Positions 28,016-39,919 of a stretch of 64,000 nucleotides of DNA are shown here, piece by piece. The stretch spans positions 1,860,001-1,924,000 of the forward strand of contig NC_043007.1 in the NCBI RefSeq assembly GCF_006345805.1. Reading direction: 5' to 3'. How positions within the stretch are numbered: position 1 is the stretch's first letter; every line of letters begins with the position of its first letter. Both the position numbers and the translations under genes were made by a program. The notes below the pieces were generated by a model that saw only the letters and a list, made by a program, of their open reading frames with translations, did not search any database and had not been told where the DNA came from. The DNA comes from Octopus sinensis. Its lineage: Eukaryota.

Positions 28016-28559
28016 CCTGCCTTTTCAGTGGATTAATCAACATGCCAAGAATTATTTCTTTAGACATGAGTTTTCTTAACATTTTGAATTTAGTTACGTA
28101 AACTGGTTATGCTTATAAAGTAATTCTTATTGATGTGGGCAGGAGGGATGGCCACGTGGTTAAAAAATGTACTTCATATCATTTCACTTGCATGGCACAT
28201 CAGATGACTGCCTTCCATCATAAACACGGGTTGGCCAATAACCTGTATATAGAACTCAACAGATGCTAATTATGCTGTAGCTATCCGGTATATGTATACA
28301 CATGTTTATATGTGTGGATATATGCTTTATTCACTGAATTATGACAACAAAGTCTCTGAAGATTGGTAAAAATAACTAAATAGGCAAAAGGCAAAGTGGG
28401 TGTGTTATGAACGAAGCCCCTTGATATGTTCTTTTTGACCTGAGCTTTAGACACTCCCCTTTTCGCCCTCCCTATGAACCAGCGAGTGTCTGACTGGAAA
28501 CCTGTAAGCAGTGGCACTATAGTTCAGCAACTGCAATACATATACATACATTGCTCTTT

Positions 28560-28602
<43 letters not shown>

Positions 28603-28803
28603 CCACCTGACTGGCACATAAAAAGCACCTACAACACTCTTGGAGTGGTTGGCGTTAGGAAGGGCATCCAGCCGTAGAAACTCTGCCAGATCAAGATTAG
28701 AGCCTGGTGCGGCCGTCTGGTTCGCCAGCCCTCAGTCAAAATCGTCCAAACCATGCTAGCATGGAAAATGGACGTTAAACGATGATGATGATGATATATA
28801 CAC

Positions 28804-28848
<45 letters not shown>

Positions 28849-28864
28849 GTATACGTATACCTAC

Positions 28865-29068
28865 ATGTGAATTGTTGGCAATTTTTTTTCCTCTGTCTTC
28901 CTTTTCTCTGGGACTTTCCTCTGTCTCCTGTTTCTGAAGAAGTGCATCTGCTTGAAACATAAAACCACCTTTCTTTCCTTCCCTGAGTATCTGATAATAT
29001 TTTGCATGCACCACATCCTCGTGTTGTTGTTTTTTCTCTTATGCGTTTGTTCTTCGATTTCTGGGATT

Positions 29069-29072
<4 letters not shown>
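28865..29072 (+). mobile_element. family B copy with hammerhead at 28930-28965
   Basis: GUUU CUGAAGA A GUGC AUCU GCUU GAAA CA UA AAAC; ends at (TA)n. Confidence 0.6.
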
Positions 29073-29166
<94 letters not shown>

Positions 29167-30755
29167 CATACATAAATAGTTCTTTGTAAGTATATCATAT
29201 TATTATGCATTCTCTTATATAATCGTTATATTCTATTGGTTCAGTATTCTCAATATTGATCTGTATTCTATAGAATAGAATTGATAGAAAAAAAACTGTT
29301 GTAGTTTGAAAGAACAGACATAATGCTTAATACCAGTCTTACCAAATTTCTCTAATCCTCAATACATATTAACAGAGTTTATTCAGAAGTATAATAAATC
29401 ACGTAAGCTGGTTGTGCCATTCTACATGTTGACTAGATGACATCTTGCATAATTCTATCAATTTTTCATTTATTCTCTCTTCATTTATTTATTTAGAATA
29501 ATTTGTTTTAATATTCCAATTTACTTGTTCACATTGCAAAGAAAAGTTCTGAAAATGAAAAACAGAGATTTATAGGTGACAAGCAATCATGATTGCTATT
29601 TAAGAGGAAGGCTTCCATTCATTTGACAACTTTGGCGAAAAGCTGTCATCCAACATTGAAAAATTCCTAACCTTGAACACAGAGGAGAATTCGTTCTTCA
29701 TCCTGTTCTCGATAATTTCGAAAATGTCTTTGCACTTTGCTGTGCTTTCTTGATGCTCTGCCATGCATTTGTCAAGCTCAGGTAGCTTAATTATCCGATA
29801 ACACTTGTTGAACTTTTGCCAGGGATCAAGAAACCATTTTCCATGCTCCTTCCTAATGTCCTCTCATTTTGCTGCTATTTCTGGATCTATATTAAATGTT
29901 TCTTAAACTATACAAGATGGACCAATGACACTACCTTATTCAGCTTCTTTCACTGTAAACCATTTGAATGGTGCTTCTGTAACTGATTTATAAGAAACGA
30001 GATTATATGGAAGATGGTAACAATAGAATGAAGGGCTAGATTTTATTCCCCCATTACACTCCTTACCAAATTCAGTAAATGACAGGAATATAAGGTTATA
30101 GATTTCTTTATTGGCCATGCAGGGCTGAACACAGAAGGGACAAAATACAAAGTAGAGTTTTTCTTTTTGGGGAGAAGAGAAGGAAAAAAAAAGGGTTGGA
30201 TTCCGATCAAAAGGGATCGTGGAAAAGAAAAAAAGTAGGGACGATCAATAGGGATCGTGTATCACAAAAGTTATAGAAAACAGTTTTTTTTTTTTTTTCG
30301 AGAGTAATAGACTTCATTTTTATTCTTTTATTCGTTTCAGTCGTTTGACTGTGGCCATGCTAGAGCATCACCTTTTAGTTGAACAAATCAACCCCAAGAC
30401 TTATTCTTTATAAGCCGAGTACTTATTCTATCGGTTTCTTTTGCTGAATTGCTAAGTTACAGGGACATAAACAGACCAACATCGGTTGTCAAGTGATGTT
30501 GAGGGGACAAACACAGACATACATATATATGATGGGCTTTTTTCAGTTTCCATCTACCAAATCCATTCACAAGGCTTTGGTTGTCCCAAGGCCCTAGCCA
30601 AAGACACTTGCCCAAGGTGATACACGTTGGGACTGGACCCAGAACCACGTAGTTCGGAAGCAAGCTTCTTACCACACAGCCACATTTTGGTAAGAACGGA
30701 AGGGGAAGTGAGCAGGGAGTGATCATAAATTTCTCAAAGGTTCTATATGCTCACA

Positions 30756-30834
30756 GGCATATGGCATAGTGGTTAAGAGCACCGGCTACTAACCCCAAGA
30801 TTCCGAGTTCAATTCCAAGCAGTGTCCTGAACAC

Positions 30835-30878
<44 letters not shown>

Positions 30879-31019
30879 TCATCGAAAAATACCTTAGGAA
30901 TGAGAACCCAGGTTGCAAATTTCCCCAAGACACTTGATGAAGGCTGGAGGGTATATCAGCCGAAACGTAGTGTTAACAACAAACAAAATGAGGACAAATG
31001 TAAATAATGTAAATAATGT
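30756..31019 (+). mobile_element. second copy of family A
   Basis: Same head, (AAT)n and tail as 45937-46217; ends in (tgtaaataa)n. Confidence 0.8.
30929..30974 (+). ncRNA. minimal type-I hammerhead motif (C3>U variant)
   Basis: GACAC UUGAUGA A GGCUG-loop-CAGCC GAAA CG UA GUGUU. Confidence 0.6.
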
Positions 31020-31356
31020 GCTCTCAAAGGTAGCTGATTGTAATGACATCTTCCTGACATAGAAAATAGCATTCTTGTGTTTCCTATGACTGATTCTCTC
31101 ATTAATTTAGAAACCAGATGTTAGCTAGTTGACCATTGTTCAATGGAATTGCTTATTCTAATTGCAAGGCCTGATGATTGAGCAGGAAAAGAACAATAGG
31201 GGTCCAAATAAATACCATAACTTTGACATGGGAATTGATAATAAAAATATAACTTAAAATAAAAATATTTGCCATACAGAAAAGGATAGATTATCAGTGT
31301 ATTGATCACTGGCCCTTTTTCAGGTTAGAAAAGAGAAGGAATGGAAAATAAAAAAG

Positions 31357-31402
<46 letters not shown>

Positions 31403-32132
31403 AAGAGCTTCCTGATGATTTCTTTTGAATGAAACAGTTCTAGTCCTGTAGAAGCTCCTTCTATAAAATAAATAAATATATATATATATATATATATGAG
31501 AGACTAGAATTTTCCTTCTTTCTCTTTCTCCCTCCCGAAAAAGAGCCTTTCCTCAAAACATCAATTTTTTTTTCCATTTCTGCTTAGCGAATGCCTGTAC
31601 GTTTATTATATTTTATTATTAATTCCTATTGAAAGGCAACAAGCTATCTGGCAGAATTGTTAGATCATCAGTAAAAACAATAACCAAAAAATGGTCTTGT
31701 AGTATTTCTTCCTCTTCTTTTACAATTTTGTGTTTGAATTCTGCAAAGGTCAGTTGTGCCTTTCATCCTTCTGGAATCGATAAAATAAGGCATCAATCTA
31801 GAACTGGAATTGATGTGGGGGTTTTTTTGTGCCTTAATTGGAAACAATTATTAATTCCTTTTGATTACATGACTACTAATGCAAACACAACTGATTGATT
31901 TCTTGGGGGCTGGATTTTAACTGGATTCAGGAAGCTTTTAGGGAAATGTTTAATAATCCAGTGATTCTCGTTTTATATAAGAATTAATTATGAAACAAAA
32001 ATCAGAAGTGAGCTATTCATTTGGAAGGAAGGAAGGCGTGTAGCCTAAGTGGCTAAGATGTTGAACTTGGAAACATTGGGCAATGAGTTTGATTCTCACT
32101 CCAGGCTGCCATTAGCTATCGGTCTTGATTCT

Positions 32133-32361
32133 TTAACCCTTTCGTTACCAACCCGGCTGAAACCGGTTCTAGCTCTGAGTACAAATGTCTCATTTTCATA
32201 AGTTCTGAATTAAAATATTCCACCAAACCTTCATTACGGTTTATGTTCCTAACACTAGCTTAATGATAACCAAGTTCTTTTACTAAATTCTTTGTTATAT
32301 TTAGAATTAAATGAAAGAAACTCAGAGTATCTCAAAATAAATACAGTAACGAAAGGGTTAA
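32133..32361. mobile_element. piggyBac-like MITE (~230 bp)
   Basis: TTAA-CCCTTTCGTTAC ... GTAACGAAAGGG-TTAA terminal inverted repeats with TTAA on both sides. Confidence 0.8.
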
Positions 32362-32701
32362 TGTAACATCCCTTGTTTGCTACTTATACCAAGTCATTGT
32401 GTTTTGATTTCAGTGAATTTCTTTGAATAAACTGTTGTGTCTGGGGAGAGTCATTCTCTTTTTGTGCCTTATAATTTATCACACACACCGGTAAACTTTC
32501 CACTTACTTATTTTTATTTTCCTAAAATTTCCGTTGTGTCTTTCAACCTTTTCAAAAACTGATTTGATGTGCAATGTGGTGGAAACAATCCTTGTTATAC
32601 ATTATTTACTGCATATGTTAATTACCGAAGGAGCTAACTCTGAGGTATGCTAAATTGATATTTAAAGAGGAGATGCCTGATATTTTCTTTCAACAACACC
32701 C

Positions 32702-32943
32702 ATAACCCCTTTAATACCAAACCCCTCAATGCTAATCCCAGATTCTATGACACGCACTTCCTGTTCTAAAACTATCTCAATGAAAACAGTCCATCAAAAT
32801 TTTATGATTATTTCTGTTCTAAACACCAGCTTAACAATGACAAGGTAATTCTACCAGATTCTTTATGATTCCTTATTATATACAAATTTAATTGAAGCAG
32901 AGGCAACAAGTTTTAACAGAAATATGGTAATAAAAGGGTTAAT
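32702..32943. mobile_element. second, diverged TTAA/CCCTT-terminated MITE (related pieces at ~40200-40675)
   Basis: taacccctttaatacc ... ggtaataaaagggttaa ends. Confidence 0.55.
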
Positions 32944-33135
32944 GTTTTCCAGGAGAATTGCAGACTCTTTCCTTTTACACTCCAACCTTATCATTATATG
33001 ATCACGTTTGCTTTCACTGTATAGCTCACACCCCACCCCTTCTTTCCCTGCAAACCATCAACAGGCTGATCTCTTTGAATTCCAGAAATCATTAAATTTA
33101 TTACACTTAATCATATTTATCACGTCTTAAAAATA

Positions 33136-33535
33136 TACTAGCAGTGTAGCCCAGCATTGCTCGGGCTTGTTTTCTTTTCAACCCTTTAGAATTGGAATTT
33201 TTGAAAAGTAAAAATTTTGCATTATGTAGCTTGTTATTCTCTTTAAGTGAACATTTTTCTCGTTGAAATACACCAAAAAATGGCGACACAGCAGAAAAAA
33301 ATTGTAAAAAATAGGGATTTTCATAGAAAAAAAGCACCATTTTGATGTAAATAATTTTTGGTGTTAACATGGTCCGATTTGAATTTTTTCTTCTACAGAA
33401 GGAAGAGCAAGCCTTCTTCTATCATAGTCTCAATTTTGGCCAACTTGCACCACAGGGTCTTGGAGGAGATAGTGTTAGTTGAAGGCTACCGAACCTGCCA
33501 CACACGGACAACTTCAGCTTTATATATATATAGAT
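33136..33535 (+). mobile_element. non-autonomous Helitron/Helentron-like element
   Basis: Starts tactagcagtgtagcccagcattgctcgggc (subterminal hairpin) and ends cagctttatatatatatagat, the architecture of Lep1/DINE-type elements. Confidence 0.55.
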
Positions 33536-33588
33536 TTATTATGTAATACTTTAAATTTATAAATTTATTATACTTTTTTATTTTCCAG

Positions 33589-33751
33589 TGAAAAATTAAT
33601 CCAGAATGCCTTTCAAAGTTTACAGCTGGTTGTAACTGACTTCTTACCTATTATTCCCTGCAAATACTTGCTGGTTTGTGTTGAAGTGGCCTCGAAATTT
33701 GGTCTTCAAAACCAGGAATTGAATGTCAGTCTAACTGCAATTGGTCTTTTG
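33589..33751 (+). CDS. MON2: MON2 homolog, internal coding exon (phase 2/0)
   Basis: ttttccag acceptor, gtaagt donor. First base completes AG+T (Ser) from the previous exon; encodes [54 protein letters not shown] (MON2 [20 protein letters not shown]...ELNISLTSIGLL). Confidence 0.95.
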
Positions 33752-35566
33752 GTAAGTACTGCTTCAGATTCTTTTATTCTTTTACTTGTTTCAGTCATTT
33801 GACTGCGGCCATGCTGGAGCACAGCCTTTAATTGAAGAAATCGTCCCCAGGACTTATTCTTTGTAAGCGTAGTACTTATTCTATCTGGCTCTTTTGCTGA
33901 ACCACTAAGTTACGGGGACGTAAACTCACCATCAGTTGTCAAGCGATGGGGGGACAAACACACACACAAAAAAATGCATATATGTATATATATATATATA
34001 TATATATTATTAATAGTAGGGAATATAAAATACCAAGGCCACAGGGGAAAACAAACTCAGTTTAGTAATGCTAAACCAAATTTCACAATATATTCATCAT
34101 CATCATCGTTTAACGTCCGCTTTCCATGCTAGCATGGTTTGGATTATTTGACTGAGGGCTGGCGAACCAGATGGCTGCACCAGGCTTCAATCTTGATCTG
34201 GCAGAGTCTCTACAGCTGGATGCCCTTCCTAACGCCAACCACTCCGAGAGTGTAGTGGGTACTGGCAATGACCTCGCTCGAATCTTTTACACATGCCACC
34301 TGCACAGGTGCCACTAAGCCGATGCTGGTAATGATCACACTCGAATGGTGTCTTTTACGTGCCACCGGCACGGAGGCCAGATAGCTGCTCTGGCAACGAC
34401 CACGCTCAGATGGTGCTCTTAATACCCTACTATATAAAATATATAGAGAATTAAGAGACAGAACCTCTATAAAGTAATTCAATTAATAATGAAATATATT
34501 ACCTATAATAAAATATAAATTTAAATATATTATTATTAACATTGTACTAAAAATTTCTGTACTTAATAATATACATTAAAAAAAATATACATTAAAATGA
34601 CATTATTAAAAATGTGTATTTTTTAATGTGTATTTTTCTAATGTTTACTATTTAATGTGTATTGTTTAGTATAGAAATTTTTAGTACAATATTACTATTA
34701 ATGTCGTTTTAATGTGTATTTTTTAATGTATATTATTTAGTATAGAAATTTTTAGTACAATGTTAATAATATATTACTGAGATGTACTTGCATAGCAAGT
34801 GACTTGATCTGAGATCGTATGCTGGAACGAAAGCAATTGCACTGTGGAATGTGTTTATAAGCCATTTAAGAAACACATAAAACCGTTAGATTCACTTCAA
34901 CATTTAAATTTAATTTGTCAAAATATTTTTGTCGCTTTGAGACCGCGACCTGTTCACTGACAAAATTCCGTGCTGCATCTGAGAAAGTAACCGTTCATGA
35001 TATATATGTACATATGTATGTGTGTGTGTATGTATGTGCCTATGTTAATAATATATTTAAATTTATATTTTATTATAGATAATATCTTTCATTATTAATT
35101 GAATTACTTTATGGAGATTCTGTCTCTTAATTCTATATTTATTTATATCTTCATCATCATCATTTAGCGTCCGTTTTCCATGCTAGCATGGGTTAGGCTT
35201 CCTTCAGTTTCCGTTTACCAAATCCACTCATAAAGCTTTGGTCAGCCCAAGGCTGTAGTAGAAAACACTTGCCCAAGGTGCTATGCAGTGGGACTGAACC
35301 TGGGAACCATGTAGTTGGGAAGCAAGCTTCTTACCACACAGCCACTCCTGTGCCTATATAGATGTATAAAAACAATTTTGAAACAAATCACCTGATTTAC
35401 TGTAATCTAATACTGTTGTCTATATGAAATGCATATAATTAATGAACTATTAAATAGAAATCAACTGCTAAGATTTACACCATTATGAGTAACATTTTGA
35501 GATATGAAATAGCAACAAGTCCAGAATTTTAAAAAATATATAGAAATGAGTATATATATATATATG

Positions 35567-35855
35567 TGGAGGCGCAATGGCCCAATGGTTAGGGCAGCGG
35601 ACTCGCGGTTGTAGGATCACGGTTTCGATTCCCAGACCGGGCGTTGTGAGTGTTTATTGAGCGAAAACACCTAAAAGGTCCACGAGGCTCTGGCAGGGGG
35701 TGGTGATACCTGCTGTACTCTTTCACCACTCTTTCTTCTGTTGGTCTGCTCGCTTAGCCAGCGGGGTGGTGTCATTTTAAGGCTAAAACAATGCGAACGC
35801 ATTGTGACCAGCAATGTGTAACTACACCTGATGGACTGGTCGGTCACGTGATATA
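35567..35855 (+). mobile_element. tRNA-derived SINE inserted in (TA)n
   Basis: gtggaggcgcaatggcccaatggttagggcagcgg head; (TA)n on both sides. Confidence 0.65.
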
Positions 35856-37002
35856 TATATATATGTCAAGTGATCGAGATCTCTGGAGATATGCTGTGCT
35901 TGAGAAAACCCAGCAAGCCAAGTGAGACCGTAACTGTGGCCTATGCTAGTGCAGCATAACCGGCCCATTTAAGAATACCCTTCAATCATTGGGCAATAAA
36001 CTGCACTTGCAATGACCTGTTGAGGCAAGTGAAATTGTTATCGTGACCAGTGACAGTACCATCTGATTGGCATCCATGCTAGTGCCATGTTAAAAGCACC
36101 ATTCCAGCGCGATCGTTGCCAGTTCTGGCTGAATAGTCCCATGCCAGTGGCACCTTAAACAGCACCATTTGACCATGGTTGTTGCAAGTGCTGCCTGACT
36201 GGCTCCCATGCTGGTGGCATGCAAGAAACACCATTCGAGCATGGTCGATGCCAGGCCCATCTGACTGGCCCTCATGCTGGTGGCACGTAAAAAGCACCCA
36301 CAACTCTCTCAGAGTGGTTGGCGTTAGGAAGGGCATCCACCTGTAGAAACTTTTCCGCCGAGGTTGACTTTACCTTTCATCCTTTCAGGGTCGATAAATT
36401 AAGTACCAGTGAAATACTGGGGTTGATATAATCGACTAGTCCCCTTCCCCCAAATTTCAGGCCTTGTGCCTTAAGTAGAAAGCTTACATTATTTTATGTG
36501 TCCTTCCTACTTTCAAAACAGTTCAGTGTAATTTGAGAAAGATTTGGTTACTATTATTAGCAAGGCGAACAATCTCGTAAAGGCAACTTTCATTTGTTTT
36601 AATGTGTTACAAGTCATTAACTTAAGTGATACAAAGGCAATTAAAATATTGAGGTGAACAATTGTCATTAGAAGAGAGTATAATTGATAACAAAACCAGC
36701 AATTATCCTCAATGTGGTTTCTATAATTAATAGTAATAACTAGGTATGCTACTTTTTGGAAATAATTTATTAGTTGTAATTAAGCCAATTAACTCTGGTG
36801 CTTATTGTGATTCCTGACTGGGGAGATGTTTAAATGTCTAAATAATATACCAACGCCTATTATTGTTAGAATTTCGTGTCGTTCACTTCTAAACAGTAAG
36901 GTAATTTCAGCACCATCAAATTCTCCTTAATCATATTTTGGTCTTTAATATAATGTGCAACACCTTCCCTATTTTGCTGCTATGCGAATAAACAATAACA
37001 CT

Positions 37003-37510
37003 TTAAGCCTTCCGCTACCAACCCGGCTGAAACCGGCTCCAGCTCTGAATACATATGTCTTGTTTACAAAAGTTTTGAATTAAAATCTTTCACCAAACCT
37101 TAGTTACAGTTTAGGTTCCTAACACTAGCTGAATGACAACGAAGTTATTTTGCTAAATTCTTTGTTATACTTAAAATTAATTGAAAGAAACACAGAGCCT
37201 CTCAACAGAAATATGGTACCGAAAGGGCTAAAATATATAATAGAGGAACAATTCTTAACCCTTTTGATACCAACCTGGCTGAAAATGGCTCTGGCTCTGT
37301 AGTACAAATGTCTTGTTTTAATAAGTTTTGAATTAAAATCTTTCACCAAACCTTAGTCATAATTTGTGTTCTTAACACTAGCTTAATGATAATTAAGTTA
37401 TTTTGCTAAATTCTTTGTTATACTTAAAATTAATTGAAAGAAACACAGAGCATCTCAAAAGAAATATTGGAAATGAAAGGGTTAAAATATATAATAGAGA
37501 AACAATTTAC
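37003..37510. mobile_element. tandem dimer of the same MITE with the same linker (linker repeated after unit 2)
   Basis: Linker aatatataatagaggaacaattc at ~37232, and aatatataatagagaaacaattt at ~37487. Confidence 0.8.
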
Positions 37511-37831
37511 TTTAATCTCAAAACATGTATGTAGCTAATCTGAGTCATGTGGATTTGTTAATTTTTCTTTTTGCTTACGTAAAAGAGCGTGTCACTGTCT
37601 GGGAGATCTTTACGGTACCAGAAAGGGAATTTTAACTCCTATTTCTAAATTCGGTGCATGGTGATTATAATTATGTACATAATTATAGAATATTCGTATG
37701 ATTTTAACTAAAAAGGTTATTTTAAGCGACTGAACTGCTTGGTAAAATTTAATTAATTAATTGATTAATTAATTAATCAAATTTGCTGTTTTATTATTAT
37801 TGAAATACATATATATATATATATATATATA

Positions 37832-38008
37832 TAGGGGGAGAAGTCACAAAAAAAAACAAAAGACGAAGACAGGTGGTGTAGATAACAAACAGATGTATTA
37901 GTTTAAAGTTCGGGAAGTGAAAAAGTCTTTAACATTTCGAGCCTATGCTCTTCCACAGAAAGAAACAAGGAGAGAAAATAAAGAATGTGTAGTGTCTAGC
38001 GATCTATC
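37832..38008 (-). mobile_element. family C copy
   Basis: Minus strand CTTTCTGTGGAAGAGCATAGGCTCGAAATGTTAAAG; tail abuts (TA)n. Confidence 0.65.
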
Positions 38009-38474
38009 TCTATATAAACATATAGATAGACAGGTATTAAAAAGATCAGAAAATTCTCAAAACTGATCATATGACAGCAAAATCATTATATATATATAAA
38101 TGTGTGTGTGTGTAGTGATTTTGCTGACATTGTATATGATCAGTTTTGTTAATTTTGTGATACGTTTTAACACCTCTGTGTCATGTTTCCTAATCAATTG
38201 TACACCAACCTGCCATTAAAAAAAAAAAAAAAAAAGATATTCTAAAACCATTTGTCCAATTTGCTGTCGTTTCATTTACATTGTATCTGTAAATCAGTGA
38301 TTGCTGCAGACATACATCAGAAAATAAACTGGTATCCGGTTAGAAAACCGAGAAAGAAAACAAACGCCAAACGTTATCAGATTTAGTGTGAGGGAAGTGG
38401 GTCAGTGGTTGCTGACTGTGGAATAAGCTGGGCTTCACTGTTTATTTGGATGCAAAGTATATTAGATGGTATCT

Positions 38475-38885
38475 TAATGTGTGTGTTGTTTGTATGTGTT
38501 TGTTTGTGTGTGTGTGTGTGTGTGTGTTTGTGTATTTGTGTGTGTTTGTGTGCATGTGTATTTGTGTGTGTTTGTGTGTGTGTTTGAATGTGTTTGATGT
38601 GTGTGCGTTTGTATGTCTTTGTGTGCGTGTTTGTTTATGTGTGTGTGTGTGTTTACATGTGCATGTGTGTTTCTGTGTGTGTGTTTGTATGTGTGTGTTT
38701 GTGTGTATGTGCATTTATGTGTATGTGTGTGTTTGTGTGCATGTTTGTTTATGTGTTTGTATGTGTGAGTATGCACGTGTGTTTCTGTGTGTACGTTTGT
38801 ATGTGTGCATTTGTATGTTTGTATGTGCATGTGTGTTTGTGTTTCTCTGTGTGTGTGTGAGTGTTTATGCCTGTGTGTACGTGCC
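38475..38885. repeat. degenerate (TG)n low-complexity tract
   Basis: Direct reading; source of spurious Cys/Val ORFs. Confidence 0.9.
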
Positions 38886-39655
38886 TGGGTGCCCATCTTC
38901 TCCTTGCCCATCTTCTCCTTGCCCATCACAAACACTTGCTCTTCTATTGTTACACGATATTATCACTCGATGCTGTTCCTTATCTCTGATTTATGTTTCT
39001 TCGTTATATTTCCTATTTTCATTATCGTTAATCCCCAGTAGTTTGCATTTGATAGCTTTTAAATTATTTATGCACATGCGGCTGCGTACACGTACAGATG
39101 TCTGTGCACCTACCTATTACCTATATACTTACGCACGCATATATACATTCACACGCACGTGCGCAGTCGTATACATTAAACTAATTGTTATTGAGTATAT
39201 ATATATATATATATATACATATTCCCATTAGTTTGCATTCAATATATTCAGAATCGCATTTGTGTGTGTGTTGATGTACACTGACATGTGTGTATGCATG
39301 TATTCTGCTGCACACCCATAAACGAATGCATGCAAACAGCCAGGCTTTACACTGAGCACATACAATGTACATAATCCCACAAGGTAACCGAATATGTAGA
39401 TAGCTAAGCAATCACAGGATGAGCTGTATAAATTATAGTAATATATAAACTATAAATTATGAGGGTGTATAAATTGTTGATTCCCATCTGAATAATCTGA
39501 CATTTCTTGCTGTTGCATTCTTCTAAATTTAATTCAGATTTTACAAGATAAAAAGTTTTATGGTCTGCTTTTCTTCATTTCTAATGCAGCCGTTTTATGC
39601 TCAAATTCAGCGCCATGCATTAAAGTATGTCTGTTCAATTTCCTTTTCATTTCAG

Positions 39656-39919
39656 TGGAACATTGCTGACTATTTCTACCAGAACCGTAATAAGATCCAG
39701 CAGGAGTTGGGTGGAGACTCTGGACAATCGGAGGACCAGCCCAATGCCGCCATGCTACCGTTTGATAGTCTATGGATGTGTCTCTTCTCTAAGCTTGGCG
39801 AACTGTGTGTTGACCAACGGCCAGCTACACGGAAAAGTGCTGGACAAACATTATTTTCAACCCTTTCCGCTCATGGCAGTTTGCTTCAGAAAGATACATG
39901 GAAAAAAGTACTTTGGCAA
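39656..39919 (+). CDS. MON2: MON2 homolog, internal coding exon (phase 0/0)
   Basis: tttcag acceptor, gtaagg donor, 264 nt. Encodes WNIADYFYQN...[54 protein letters not shown] (MON2 WNISDYF...[40 protein letters not shown]). Lies inside ORF 39560..40189. Confidence 0.96.

Noticed and set aside
32035-32110. tRNA-like sequence (also heads at 17485, 17752, 30756, 35567, 45937)
   Set aside because: Degenerate or attached to SINE bodies; acceptor stems do not close, so not called as tRNA genes.
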